NCBI GenBank assembly: GCA_965204375.1
Contig: OZ241986.1
Location: 1,152,001 to 1,216,000 of the forward strand
Origin: Candidatus Latescibacterota bacterium
GTDB lineage: Bacteria; Latescibacterota; UBA2968
DNA length: 64,000 bases
Direction of reading: 5' to 3'
Shown here: one piece after another, positions 29,254-38,944 of the stretch
How positions within the stretch are numbered: position 1 is the first letter of the stretch
How the letters are laid out: the number at the start of each line of letters is the position of its first letter
Notes under the pieces: model-generated
Database searches by the model: none
Seen by the model: only the letters and a program-made list of their open reading frames with translations
Told to the model about the DNA's origin: nothing
Program-made: the position numbers and the translations under genes

Positions 29254-29472
29254 ATGACAGACCTTCTTACTAAAGCCTTTGAAGAAGCGCAAAAACTTCC
29301 CGAAAAATCACAGGATGCGCTTGCCGAGCAATTGCTAAAAGATATTGAGGAAGAGGTTCGATGGGATGAATCCCTAGCAAAATCTCCCGATGTGCTTGCC
29401 GCACTCGCAGATAAGGCCAGAGAGGAATATAGAGCAGGGCGTACAAAAGAAATGGGTTTTGATGAACTGTGA
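29254..29472 (+). CDS. Putative type II antitoxin
   Basis: 72 aa acidic protein with RBS AAGGAG; overlaps the downstream toxin gene (GTGA). Confidence 0.7.
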   Translation: MTDLLTKAFEEAQKLPEKSQDALAEQLLKDIEEEVRWDESLAKSPDVLAALADKAREEYRAGRTKEMGFDEL

Positions 29473-29738
29473 CTTCCCAACTAACACGAGACTTCATCCG
29501 GTGTTTCCAAAAATTACCCGACAGAGTCAAGGTAATTGCGCGAAAAAATTACAAACTTTGGAAAGAAAATAGGGCGCATCCTAGCCTTGAGTTTAAGCGG
29601 GTGCATCCAACGCAAACAATCTACTCTATAAGGATAGGAAGAGGTTGGCGAGCTCTGGGCATTTTGGAAAATGATATTATCCTGTGGTTCTGGATTGGGC
29701 CACATAGTGAATACGACATATTAGTGAAAAACTTTTAG
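29469..29738 (+). CDS. RelE/ParE-like type II toxin
   Basis: 89 aa basic protein; HPSLEFK, YSIRIG, WRALG, WFWIGPHSEYD. Confidence 0.75.
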   Translation: MTSQLTRDFIRCFQKLPDRVKVIARKNYKLWKENRAHPSLEFKRVHPTQTIYSIRIGRGWRALGILENDIILWFWIGPHSEYDILVKNF

Positions 29739-29748
29739 GACCTATTTC

Positions 29749-30993
29749 ATGATCAATCATTACGATGTCATTGTCATTGGTGGAGGACCTGCGGGAAGCA
29801 CGACAGCCGCGCTTGTCGCTGAATATGGGCACCGCGTGCTGCTGTTGGAAAGGGAGGAGTTTCCCAGATTCCAGATTGGCGAATCTCTGATGCCGGGTAC
29901 GTACTGGTCGTTTAAGCGACTGGGGCTGCTGGATAAGCTGAAAAAAAGTGCGTTTGTCAAAAAATACAGTGTTCAGTTTTTTAGCGGATCGGGAAAAGGC
30001 TCTGCACCATTTTATTTTCACTTACACGATCCCCACGAAAGTTCTATCACATATCAGGTATTGCGCAGCGAATTTGATCTTATGATGATGGACAATGCCC
30101 GTGAGAAAGGTGCTGAGGTCGAGCAGGGGGCGAGTGTGCATCAGGTGCATTTTTCCGGGGATAAGGCAACGGGTGTTCAGGTGAGATACCGCGATGGACA
30201 AATTAAAGATGTGTTTGCCAGTGTTATCGTAGATGCGACGGGGCGAAGCGCGCTTATTTCGAGAAGGCTAAAGACCAAGACGATTGAGCCGAAGCTCAAA
30301 AAGGCGTCCATTTTCACGCACTACAAAGGCGCGTTTCGCGATGAGGGTATTGACGAAGGTGCAACGCTGATTTTACATACGCGAGACAAGGACTCCTGGT
30401 TCTGGTACATCCCGCTGGCAGATGATGTGGCCAGCGTGGGCGTTGTTGGGGGATTGGATTATTTGCTACAAAACCGCAAGAGAACCCCTCAGGAAATTTT
30501 TGAAGAAGAGCTGGATAAGTGTATCCGCATGCAAGAACGGCTCGCAGGGGCCGAGCAGTTGTTTCCCATGAAAGTCACGCAGGACTTTTCATACCGATCC
30601 AATACTGTCGCGGGTGAGGGATGGGTGCTGGTGGGCGATGCTTTTGGTTTTATCGATCCCGTTTATTCCTCGGGTGTGTTCCTCGCGCTCAAATCGGGCG
30701 AGATGGCCGCCGATGCGATACACGAAGCCATTGAGAAGCGCGATTTCTCAGCCGAGCAACTCGGCAAATGGGGGCCAGAATTTCTCCCGGGCATGGAGGC
30801 GATTCGCAAATTGGTCTATGCTTTTTATACCAAAGATTTCAGTTTTGCCAGATTTTTAAAAGCACATCCAGAATGTATAGATGGCATTATCAATATCTTA
30901 AAAGGCAATGTCTATCGCGAGGATGTCACCCCTATTTTTGAACCTATGGGGCAAATGTGCGATCTGCCCGAGACTGTGGATCACTATTCCTAA
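29749..30993 (+). CDS. FAD-dependent oxidoreductase with flavin-dependent halogenase motifs
   Basis: GGGPAG, FPRFQIGESL, FVKK (position of the catalytic Lys), VDATGR, WFWYIP (WxWxIP), VGDAFGFIDPVYSSGV. Confidence 0.8.
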   Translation: MINHYDVIVIGGGPAGSTTAALVAEYGHRVLLLEREEFPRFQIGESLMPGTYWSFKRLGLLDKLKKSAFVKKYSVQFFSGSGKGSAPFYFHLHDPHESSITYQVLRSEFDLMMMDNAREKGAEVEQGASVHQVHFSGDKATGVQVRYRDGQIKDVFASVIVDATGRSALISRRLKTKTIEPKLKKASIFTHYKGAFRDEGIDEGATLILHTRDKDSWFWYIPLADDVASVGVVGGLDYLLQNRKRTPQEIFEEELDKCIRMQERLAGAEQLFPMKVTQDFSYRSNTVAGEGWVLVGDAFGFIDPVYSSGVFLALKSGEMAADAIHEAIEKRDFSAEQLGKWGPEFLPGMEAIRKLVYAFYTKDFSFARFLKAHPECIDGIINILKGNVYREDVTPIFEPMGQMCDLPETVDHYS

Positions 30994-31005
30994 TTCTTAA
31001 TTCCT

Positions 31006-32298
31006 ATGCGAATTGCTTATATTGCCGCGGGTGCGGCGGGTATGTATTGTGGCAGTTGTATTCACGATAATGCGCTGGCCTCTGCGCTTCAGCGCAAGGG
31101 AATAGATTTCGCGCTTATTCCGACGTACACGCCCCTGCGTACCGATGAACCGGGCGCGAGTATTGATCGGGTGTTTTACGGCGGCATAAATGTTTATCTC
31201 CAGCAGAAAATGGGGATTTTTCGGCACATGCCCTCTTTTGTCGATAGATTATTGAATGGCCGAATACTGCTCAATAGTCTCGCCCGTTTTAGTGGATCAA
31301 CCCGCGCGGAAGATCTCGGCGCGCTTACCGTGTCGGTTTTAGAGGGGGAAGATGGGGCGCAAAAAAAAGAACTCGCAAAGCTGGTGTACTGGTTAAAAGA
31401 GGATTTCCAGCCAGACCTCGTGCAATTGACCAATTCGATGTTTTTGGGCATGGCGAGAGAAATGAAACGGGAACTCGGTATTCCCGTTTTGTGTTCTCTG
31501 CAAGGCGAAGATATCTTTCTCGAAGGATTGATAGAACCGTATAAATCGGAGGCGCGGCAGTGCTTACGAGATCGAGCAAGGGATGTCGATGGGTTTGTAG
31601 CTACTTGTGACTATTATGCCGATTTTATGGCTGATTATCTCGATGTCCCGCGCAATCGGATTCACGTCGCGCCTTTGGGCATCAAATTAGACGGACATGG
31701 AGAAAGCGATGTAAAGCCAGATTCGCTGCCTTTTGCGATTGGTTATCTCGCTCGAATATGTCCCGAGAAGGGGTTGCATGCGCTGGTAGATGCGTTTCAT
31801 CAACTGGCTGAGCAAGTCGGTAAGGAGAATCTAAGACTCAGTGTTGCCGGTTATCTCGGACAAAGAGATACGCCATATTTTCAGCACGTATGCGAACAAA
31901 TCGCATCCCGGGGACTTTCCGATGTTTTTGATTATCGCGGGGAAGTCAATCGAGAAGAAAAAATTGCATTCCTGAATAGCATCCATATCTTATCCGTGCC
32001 AACGCCTTATAAAGAACCCAAAGGGCTATCGCTGCTCGAAGCTATGGCCAATGGCGTTCCCGTTGTTCAGCCCCGGCACGGTATTTTTCCTGAATGGATT
32101 AAAAAAACGGGTGGGGGAATTCTGGTAGAGCCAGATTCTTCAGAGGCTCTGGCGGCAGGGTTGCTGCGGATGATGAACGACAAAGAGGGGCGGGAGGCGA
32201 TGGGGCAAAAAGGCAAAGAAGCAGTCCATCAAAATTTTAGCGACGACGATATGGCGGAGGCAACGCTGACGGTATATCGACAGTATGTGACGGATTAA
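31006..32298 (+). CDS. Glycosyltransferase family 4 (GT-B) with N-terminal CGSC motif
   Basis: RICPEKG, EPKGLSLLEAMANGVPVV. Confidence 0.85.
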   Translation: MRIAYIAAGAAGMYCGSCIHDNALASALQRKGIDFALIPTYTPLRTDEPGASIDRVFYGGINVYLQQKMGIFRHMPSFVDRLLNGRILLNSLARFSGSTRAEDLGALTVSVLEGEDGAQKKELAKLVYWLKEDFQPDLVQLTNSMFLGMAREMKRELGIPVLCSLQGEDIFLEGLIEPYKSEARQCLRDRARDVDGFVATCDYYADFMADYLDVPRNRIHVAPLGIKLDGHGESDVKPDSLPFAIGYLARICPEKGLHALVDAFHQLAEQVGKENLRLSVAGYLGQRDTPYFQHVCEQIASRGLSDVFDYRGEVNREEKIAFLNSIHILSVPTPYKEPKGLSLLEAMANGVPVVQPRHGIFPEWIKKTGGGILVEPDSSEALAAGLLRMMNDKEGREAMGQKGKEAVHQNFSDDDMAEATLTVYRQYVTD

Positions 32299-32319
32299 AA
32301 ACTTAACACGGGAGGGCAA

Positions 32320-32811
32320 ATGCCGACTTCTTCTTCTGGACTTACGTGGTTGATTTTTGCGTTGATGACTGTGGGCGCGTGGGGTTTGTACGGGATTTTT
32401 CTGCACACCGGACAGATCGCTATGGGCGATCCCGAAAATGGACGCTACAAAGCTTTTCTCTTTGTGGGCATTGCCTATCTTTTGACAGCCGTTATTGGAT
32501 CCCTCATTGTGCTGGCGGTCAACGGGTCGGACTGGTCATTCCCGACAATGGGGCTGACATGGTCCCTGCTGGCTGGTATTGTGGGAGCCATCGGTGCATT
32601 TGGCGTGCTCCTCGCCTTTGGGGCGAAGGGGACACCGCCCGTGGTTATGTCTATTGTTTTTGCTGGCGCGCCTATGGTCAATGCTATCGTCTCGCTCATT
32701 ATGCATCCGCCAGCAGGTGGGTGGGGTGGTTTGAACTGGCAATTTGTGCTGGGCATTATACTGGCTGCGCTGGGAGGGTGTCTGGTGACATTATTTAAAC
32801 CTTCGTCTTGA
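32320..32811 (+). CDS. DMT/EamA-like five-TM membrane protein
   Basis: Five hydrophobic helices, early WG motif, VMSIVFAGAP. Confidence 0.65.
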   Translation: MPTSSSGLTWLIFALMTVGAWGLYGIFLHTGQIAMGDPENGRYKAFLFVGIAYLLTAVIGSLIVLAVNGSDWSFPTMGLTWSLLAGIVGAIGAFGVLLAFGAKGTPPVVMSIVFAGAPMVNAIVSLIMHPPAGGWGGLNWQFVLGIILAALGGCLVTLFKPSS

Positions 32812-33263
32812 TGACGGATAGCACTATGCACAGTGAATTTCACACCACACACAGAGTGGCGTTTTCCGATACGGACATGGCCGGGATTGTACACTTTTCC
32901 CGGTTTTTTGTGTTTATGGAAGCAGCCGAGCACGCTTTCTTGCGCGCGTTGGGGACGAGTGTTTCAACAGAATGGGATGGAAATAAAATCGGATGGCCGC
33001 GATTGGAAGCGACATGTACATATCTCAGTCCAGCCTTCTTTGAAGATGTGCTGGATATTCATCTGAAGGTGATACGCAAAGGCACAAAATCGCTGACCTA
33101 TCGGTTTGATTTTTTTCGCGGAGAGACAGCTATTGCCAGCGGAGAATTGAGCACGGTATGTTGTATATGCAATCCCGGCGAAAAAATCAGGTCTATACCG
33201 ATTCCAGATTTTATTGCGGATCAGATCGCGGATGAAGCAGATGGCGCAGATAGACGCGGATGA
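32811..33263 (+). CDS. Acyl-CoA thioesterase, 4HBT/YbgC hotdog family
   Basis: RVAFSDTDMAGIVHFSRFF…E. Confidence 0.85.
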   Translation: MTDSTMHSEFHTTHRVAFSDTDMAGIVHFSRFFVFMEAAEHAFLRALGTSVSTEWDGNKIGWPRLEATCTYLSPAFFEDVLDIHLKVIRKGTKSLTYRFDFFRGETAIASGELSTVCCICNPGEKIRSIPIPDFIADQIADEADGADRRG

Positions 33264-33301
33264 AGATCGAGAATGTAGGGGCGCGGCCCCTGTGTCCGCC
33301 C
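33224..33301 (+). repeat. CRGAT repeat array inside the thioesterase 3' end, followed by a GTAG-type REP
   Basis: gatcgcggatgaagcagatggcgcagatagacgcggatga, then GTAGGGGCGCGGCCCCTGTGTCCGCCC at 33275-33301. Confidence 0.6.
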
Positions 33302-33321
33302 GAATATTTAAGAGGTTGTAA

Positions 33322-33975
33322 ATGGCACTAAAAGTTGAGCATCTTTCTAAACACTTCGGCGATGTAAATGTTCTACATGATATATCTTTTGAGATGGAGG
33401 CAGGACAATCGCTGAGTGTTATGGGACCTTCGGGTTCGGGAAAGAGTACCTTATTGCATGTGCTGGGTACGCTGGATCGACCATCTGAGGGAAGCCTCGA
33501 AATTGAGGGTCAGGATCCCTTTGCACTGTCTGAAATCGAACTCGCGCGGTTTAGAAATCAGGGTATTGGATTTGTATTTCAAGAGCACCATCTTTTGCCG
33601 CAATACTCGGTTTTGGAAAATGTTTTGATCCCGACGCTGGCATTTAAAAATGGCGATGCGCGAGAACGCGCCCGAGAGATTATTGATCGGGTGGGCTTAT
33701 CGCATCGCATTGAACACCGGCCCGCTGAATTATCTGGCGGCGAGCGACAACGCACAGCTGTTGCTCGTGCCCTCATCAATTCCCCGGCATTGCTCTTGTG
33801 CGACGAACCAACGGGTAGCCTGGATGGGGCGCGGGCAGAGGAAATAGCCGATCTGCTATTTGAATTGCACGAGCGGGAAAATAATATCCTGATCTGCGCG
33901 ACGCACAGCTCGGCACTGGCTCGTCGCTTTGAGCGGCGGTTTGATCTGCGGGAGGGGATGTGCGTCGAAGTCTGA
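33322..33975 (+). CDS. ABC transporter ATP-binding subunit (LolD/MacB-like)
   Basis: GPSGSGKST, GFVFQEHHLLP, LSGGERQR, DEPTGSLD. Confidence 0.9.
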   Translation: MALKVEHLSKHFGDVNVLHDISFEMEAGQSLSVMGPSGSGKSTLLHVLGTLDRPSEGSLEIEGQDPFALSEIELARFRNQGIGFVFQEHHLLPQYSVLENVLIPTLAFKNGDARERAREIIDRVGLSHRIEHRPAELSGGERQRTAVARALINSPALLLCDEPTGSLDGARAEEIADLLFELHERENNILICATHSSALARRFERRFDLREGMCVEV

Positions 33976-36900
33976 TCTATTTCTGGCGAATTAATCTGGC
34001 TGTTATGCTCGGCGTGGCAGTGGCGACGGCTGTTCTGACAGGTGCTTTGATCGTGGGCGATTCCGTGCGCGGCAGCTTGAGAGATTTGTCGTTGAGTCGT
34101 CTGGGCAAAATTGACCACGCTCTGGTATCCGAGCGATTTTTTCGCGCAAGTCTGGAGCGCGATCTCGAGCGTGAACTCGACACTCAGGATGTTGTATCGG
34201 CCATTAGCCTGGGCGGAACAGCTGTTCACGCAAGATCGAATACGCGGGCTTCTCGCGTTCAAATTCAGGGTATTGACAATCGCTTTGCAAATCTGTTTGA
34301 TCAAATACTGCCCGAGTTGACGATCGAGGGAATATTTCCATCGGTTGTCGTCAATGAATCCCTCCAAAAAGAACTCAATGCACAGATTGGCGATGCCATT
34401 CTGCTGTCTTTTGAACAATCAGATGATATTCACCGAGAATCGCTATTTGGACGTGCTGATGATGCGGTTCAAACAATTCGACTGACGCTCGCAGGCGTAC
34501 TTCCCGATAGGGGAATGGGACGCTTTGGCCTTTTCGCCCGCCAGACCGTTCCGCTCAATGCATACCTGTCGCTGCCGGTTTTGCAAAAAGCGTTGGGTCA
34601 AAGAGGCCGCGTGAATACATTGCTGGTGTCGAGTGATCCGGATGCAGACGTTCAGGAAACACTTTCCCGCGTTGTAACACTTGATGATCTCGGTATTGTC
34701 ATCCGCCGAGAGACTGATTATTTCGCTATTGAGAGCACGCAGTTTATTCTCAAATCCCATATTGCGGAAACTATTCAACAAGTATCTGCCGAGTTAAACG
34801 CGCCCCATATGTCCATTCTCACCTATCTGGCGAATACCACACAGGTGGGGGAGAGAGAACTGCCCTATTCCACAATTTCTGCGTTAGATGTTGGGAATCT
34901 GGGGGCTTTTCAGATTGTAGAGGGATCACTACAACTCGGGGAAGACGATATTTTGCTGAATACCTGGGCGGCTGAGGATTTGAACGCACAGGTTGGCGAT
35001 GAAGTGAAAGTTGCCTATTACGAAGTCGCGCCTGGGGAAGAACTCCTTACCCGTTGGGCAATATTTCAGCTCAAAGGCATTGTGGCAATGGCGGGATTGG
35101 GCGCAGATGAAAAGTTGTCTCCCGATTATCCTGGCCTGGGTGATGCAAATAATATGGCTGACTGGGAAGCACCTTTCCCCATAGACCTGAGTCGTGTTCG
35201 CCCCGAGGATGAAGATTATTGGGATACCTATCGCGACGCGCCAAAAGCCTTTGTGTCTGCCACGACTGGACAGCGATTGTGGCAAAGTCGATTTGGCGTA
35301 TTAACCGCCGTACGCATTGGAGCTATTGCGGGAGAGGATATCGAAACAACGGCGAAGCGATTTGAGAATCATTTGCTAAAAAACATTGCGCCCGAATCGG
35401 TTGGTCTGATATTTCAGCCCGTCAAAAAGCAGGGCCTGGCCGCTTCTACGGGGGCGACGGATTTTAGCGGGTTATTTATTGCATTTAGTCAATTCCTGAT
35501 TATTTCTGCAGCACTCCTCGTCGGATTATTATTTCGCCTGAGTGTGGAGCAGCGAGGCAGAGAAGTCGGGATGCGGATGGTGTCGGGATATACGGGAAAA
35601 AAAATCCGCCGCCTCTTTAGCCATGAGGGCTTTGTATTGGCCGGTGTGGGCGGCATCACAGGGTTGATGGGCGGTGTTTTCTATGCCTATTTGATTACGG
35701 TGGGATTGCGTACTTATTGGGTGGGTGCGGTTGGGACGTCTGATCTCGCGCTCCACATTCACGCATCGAGTTTGTTGCTGGGCTATGCCATTTCACTAAT
35801 CGTGATCCTGCTGGCAATCTGGCTCACGCTCCGCCGTTTGGGCACGATTTCTGTTCGCGCATTATTATCGGGTATTACGGAAGTGGTGCGTGCAAAGCCG
35901 CGTACGAAATGGTATGCCCTGGGTAGCCTCATCCTCGCTGCACTCAGTCTGGGGGGCGCAACGGTGGATCCATCAACAGGTACAGGCTTGTTTTTTCTTA
36001 GTGGCGCGCTGTGGATGGTTTCGGGATTGTGCTTTCTCTCGCTCTGGTTTAGACGCGAGCATCGCGCCATAAGAGAGGGTATTATTGGGATGGGGGTGCA
36101 AAATAGCAAGCGGCAGCCCGCGCGAAGTTTGCTTTGTGCTTCACTCATCGGTTGTGCGTGTTTTGTCATTGTTGCAGTAGGCGCGAATAGGCGAACTGAT
36201 TTGACCCAAAATATCGCGCAGGACAAAGCTTCTGGCACGGGTGGCTTTGCCCTCATCGCCGAAGTTGATGTGCCGATTTATCAAGATTTCAATTCAAAAG
36301 AAGGGCAATTTGAACTCGGGTTCTCGCAAGCAGATGCAGAACTTCTGAATCAGGCTCGGTTCATCCCGCTGCGCGTTTTGCCAGGTGAAGATGCGAGTTG
36401 TCTCAATCTTTACAAGCCCGAAAGCCCACGCGTTTTGGGTGTTCCCGAAGCTCTGCGTCAGCGAGGTGGTTTTACATTTCAGCAAATGAGTACCGAAGCG
36501 GAAAATCCCTGGGCTCTATTATCCGAGGATCTGGGCGCGGATGTGATTCCGGCAATTGGAGATTACAATTCGGCTATGTGGATCTTACACAAGCAATTGG
36601 GCGATGATATTGTGTTGCGAAATGAAATAGGGGAGACTGTCAGGCTGAGACTGGTGGGCTTGTTAAAGACGAGTATTTTTCAAAGTGAATTGCTGATTTC
36701 CGAAGACAATTTTTTGCGGCACTTTCCCGACCAGAGTGGGTATGGCACTTTTCTTATTGAAACACAACAACCCGTTCAACTTACCGCGCTTGTGGAAAGC
36801 AGATTAAAAGACGTCGGGTTAGACGCCGTATCTACAACGCAAAAACTCGCGCATTTTCAGGAGGTCGAAAACACGTATCTCTCCACCTTTCAAACACTGG

Positions 36901-37256
36901 GGGGATTGGGCCTGCTGTTGGGCACGCTCGGATTGGGTATTGTTCTATTGAGAAATGTGATTGAAAGGCGCGGTGAATTAGCCGTTTTGCGCGCCTTTGG
37001 ATTTCGCCGCACTGTGCTGTCGCGCATGCTGCTCGCGGAGAATGGGTTTTTAATGTTCGTGGGGCTGGCTATCGGTAGTGTCTCCGCGCTTATTGCAGTA
37101 GCACCCCATGTCATGAACTATGGTGCGTTAATCCCCTGGGGATCGCTGGCTCTCACGCTTGTCGTCATATACGGCGCGGGTCTCATCGCAAGCGCAATAG
37201 CTGTTTTCTTCGCCCTGCGAGCACCACTATTGCCCGCGTTGAAACAGGAGGTGTGA
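33960..37256 (+). CDS. FtsX/MacB-type (type VII) ABC permease, tandem-duplicated, large periplasmic domains
   Basis: 1098 aa; two 'EQR/ERRxExxxxRxxG' FtsX motifs. Confidence 0.85.
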   Translation: MRRSLIYFWRINLAVMLGVAVATAVLTGALIVGDSVRGSLRDLSLSRLGKIDHALVSERFFRASLERDLERELDTQDVVSAISLGGTAVHARSNTRASRVQIQGIDNRFANLFDQILPELTIEGIFPSVVVNESLQKELNAQIGDAILLSFEQSDDIHRESLFGRADDAVQTIRLTLAGVLPDRGMGRFGLFARQTVPLNAYLSLPVLQKALGQRGRVNTLLVSSDPDADVQETLSRVVTLDDLGIVIRRETDYFAIESTQFILKSHIAETIQQVSAELNAPHMSILTYLANTTQVGERELPYSTISALDVGNLGAFQIVEGSLQLGEDDILLNTWAAEDLNAQVGDEVKVAYYEVAPGEELLTRWAIFQLKGIVAMAGLGADEKLSPDYPGLGDANNMADWEAPFPIDLSRVRPEDEDYWDTYRDAPKAFVSATTGQRLWQSRFGVLTAVRIGAIAGEDIETTAKRFENHLLKNIAPESVGLIFQPVKKQGLAASTGATDFSGLFIAFSQFLIISAALLVGLLFRLSVEQRGREVGMRMVSGYTGKKIRRLFSHEGFVLAGVGGITGLMGGVFYAYLITVGLRTYWVGAVGTSDLALHIHASSLLLGYAISLIVILLAIWLTLRRLGTISVRALLSGITEVVRAKPRTKWYALGSLILAALSLGGATVDPSTGTGLFFLSGALWMVSGLCFLSLWFRREHRAIREGIIGMGVQNSKRQPARSLLCASLIGCACFVIVAVGANRRTDLTQNIAQDKASGTGGFALIAEVDVPIYQDFNSKEGQFELGFSQADAELLNQARFIPLRVLPGEDASCLNLYKPESPRVLGVPEALRQRGGFTFQQMSTEAENPWALLSEDLGADVIPAIGDYNSAMWILHKQLGDDIVLRNEIGETVRLRLVGLLKTSIFQSELLISEDNFLRHFPDQSGYGTFLIETQQPVQLTALVESRLKDVGLDAVSTTQKLAHFQEVENTYLSTFQTLGGLGLLLGTLGLGIVLLRNVIERRGELAVLRAFGFRRTVLSRMLLAENGFLMFVGLAIGSVSALIAVAPHVMNYGALIPWGSLALTLVVIYGAGLIASAIAVFFALRAPLLPALKQEV

Positions 37257-37262
37257 GGCGCG

Positions 37263-38798
37263 TTAATTTATCTTCTTGAGTGCGAGTTCATAACACGCTG
37301 CTTCTCGATCATTTCGCACGAGGAGATAGGGTGCGGCAAGTGTGGGTGCGTTCCAGGTATGGCTGCTTAGAGCGGGGAAGCGCGCGCGTTCATTGTGTTC
37401 ATCTGGTGAGGCATCGACGAGCACGACATCGCCCGATTCGGTCTGGATGAGCAAGAGGTCATCTACGAGAATGAGTTGCCCGTGCCCGTAGCGCCCTCGC
37501 TTCCATTTGCGTTGCCCATCCGCCAGATCCAAACACACGAGGACGCCGTCGTCCAGTCCGTAAATATATCCGTCTTTATAGACCATATTGGCAAATTTGG
37601 CTTTTAGACGAGGGCTTTTCCATATCCGTTCGGCAGTAAATGCATCCCGACTATTTTTTGCAATTTGAATCAATTCACTACCAATGCCATAACCTGTTGA
37701 TACAAAGATGCTGTCTCCGGGTAGTGGAATGGGTTGGGCAACGTGTTGCGTCATCCCGCCAGTCCAGGGATATTCCCATAGCAATTTACCGGAAATTGGA
37801 TCGTGACCCGCGACTTGCCCTCTGTTAAAAATGAGTATTTGATCCATTCCAGCTATGGAGGCCAAACTGGGCGAACTATGACCCGCTCTTGTACGGCCAG
37901 CTCCCCAAATAACAGCACCGGTTTCTTTGTCATAAGCCATCAGCGATTGCTCGTTTCGTCCGCCCGGACTCACGATCACTTTGTCGTCTAAAATGAGGGG
38001 TGAGCCGCTCATGCCCCATTCTTTAACGCGCGCATCGGTTTCTGTCACGGTATCGCGCGACCAGATTTCTCGACCGGTTTCCAAATCGAGACAGGTGAGA
38101 ATGCCGGTTGCGCCAAAAGAATAGACGCGGTTGCCCGATATGGTTGGCGTGGCTCGCGGACCAATTCCGGCAATCGCGGTTTCATATCGCGCACGCGCGC
38201 TGTGACGCCATTTCTCTTTTCCGGTCAAGAGGTCGTAACAGGCCACGGTTTCGTCTTCGCCTTTTTGCTCTTGAGTTACGGCAGTGCGGCCAACAACGGC
38301 AAAGGCGGAAAAGGCTTCACCGACGGGTACGCGCCAGAGTAATTTGGGGGGATTTTGAGCCCAATCGGATTCCAGTTTTATTCCTTCGAGGATGGCGTTG
38401 CGATGTGGACCCAAAAATTGAGGGTAGTCTATATCGGGACCATCTGAAGGCTGTCCCGCCACGGATATGGATGTAACAGAAGACCAGCGCCACCCTATCT
38501 TGGGAGCCAAATCGCCTGTAAAGCCGCGAATTTGAAATAGTGAAACTATCAGGATAATCAGGAGTATAAGAATACTTAGACCCCGTACGCGAATTTTTCG
38601 ACTCGTTCGGGAAAAAGCAAAGAACCAGAGACAGAGCAAAAGAGAGCCGATTGCGCAGACCAATATTGTCGGCATAACTTGCATCTGGCGGTTGGGCCTT
38701 TCGGGAATCCATATTACCGATAATACAATGAGCATTAACACTCCGATCGCGACCGCGGGCCACCATCGAATGGATTTGGGATAAAGAGGTGCAGGCAT
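37263..38798 (-). CDS. Membrane-anchored PQQ-like beta-propeller protein
   Basis: Three N-terminal TM helices, then DYPQFLGPHRN, GPRATP, WNAP. Confidence 0.85.
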   Translation of the reverse strand: MPAPLYPKSIRWWPAVAIGVLMLIVLSVIWIPERPNRQMQVMPTILVCAIGSLLLCLWFFAFSRTSRKIRVRGLSILILLIILIVSLFQIRGFTGDLAPKIGWRWSSVTSISVAGQPSDGPDIDYPQFLGPHRNAILEGIKLESDWAQNPPKLLWRVPVGEAFSAFAVVGRTAVTQEQKGEDETVACYDLLTGKEKWRHSARARYETAIAGIGPRATPTISGNRVYSFGATGILTCLDLETGREIWSRDTVTETDARVKEWGMSGSPLILDDKVIVSPGGRNEQSLMAYDKETGAVIWGAGRTRAGHSSPSLASIAGMDQILIFNRGQVAGHDPISGKLLWEYPWTGGMTQHVAQPIPLPGDSIFVSTGYGIGSELIQIAKNSRDAFTAERIWKSPRLKAKFANMVYKDGYIYGLDDGVLVCLDLADGQRKWKRGRYGHGQLILVDDLLLIQTESGDVVLVDASPDEHNERARFPALSSHTWNAPTLAAPYLLVRNDREAACYELALKKIN

Positions 38799-38870
38799 AA
38801 AATTCCTTTTTTAAGTGGTTAGTAGTCGGTTCATCTACCTCTATCCCCAACGTAAACAAAAAAGAAAGGT

Positions 38871-38899
38871 TTGACAACCCTTCATTAAACAGATATTTT
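38871..38899 (+). promoter_or_regulatory. Sigma70 promoter candidate
   Basis: TTGACA-N17-TATTTT; RBS AAGGAG downstream. Confidence 0.5.
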
Positions 38900-38944
38900 G
38901 ATTCTCTGAATTGCAAAATATCACATCACAGAAAGGAGTTTGAG

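Noticed and set aside
33579-34418. 279-aa antisense ORF, similarly 47252-48085 and other overlapping ORFs in the track
   Set aside because: Shadow frames of motif-supported genes; no independent evidence.
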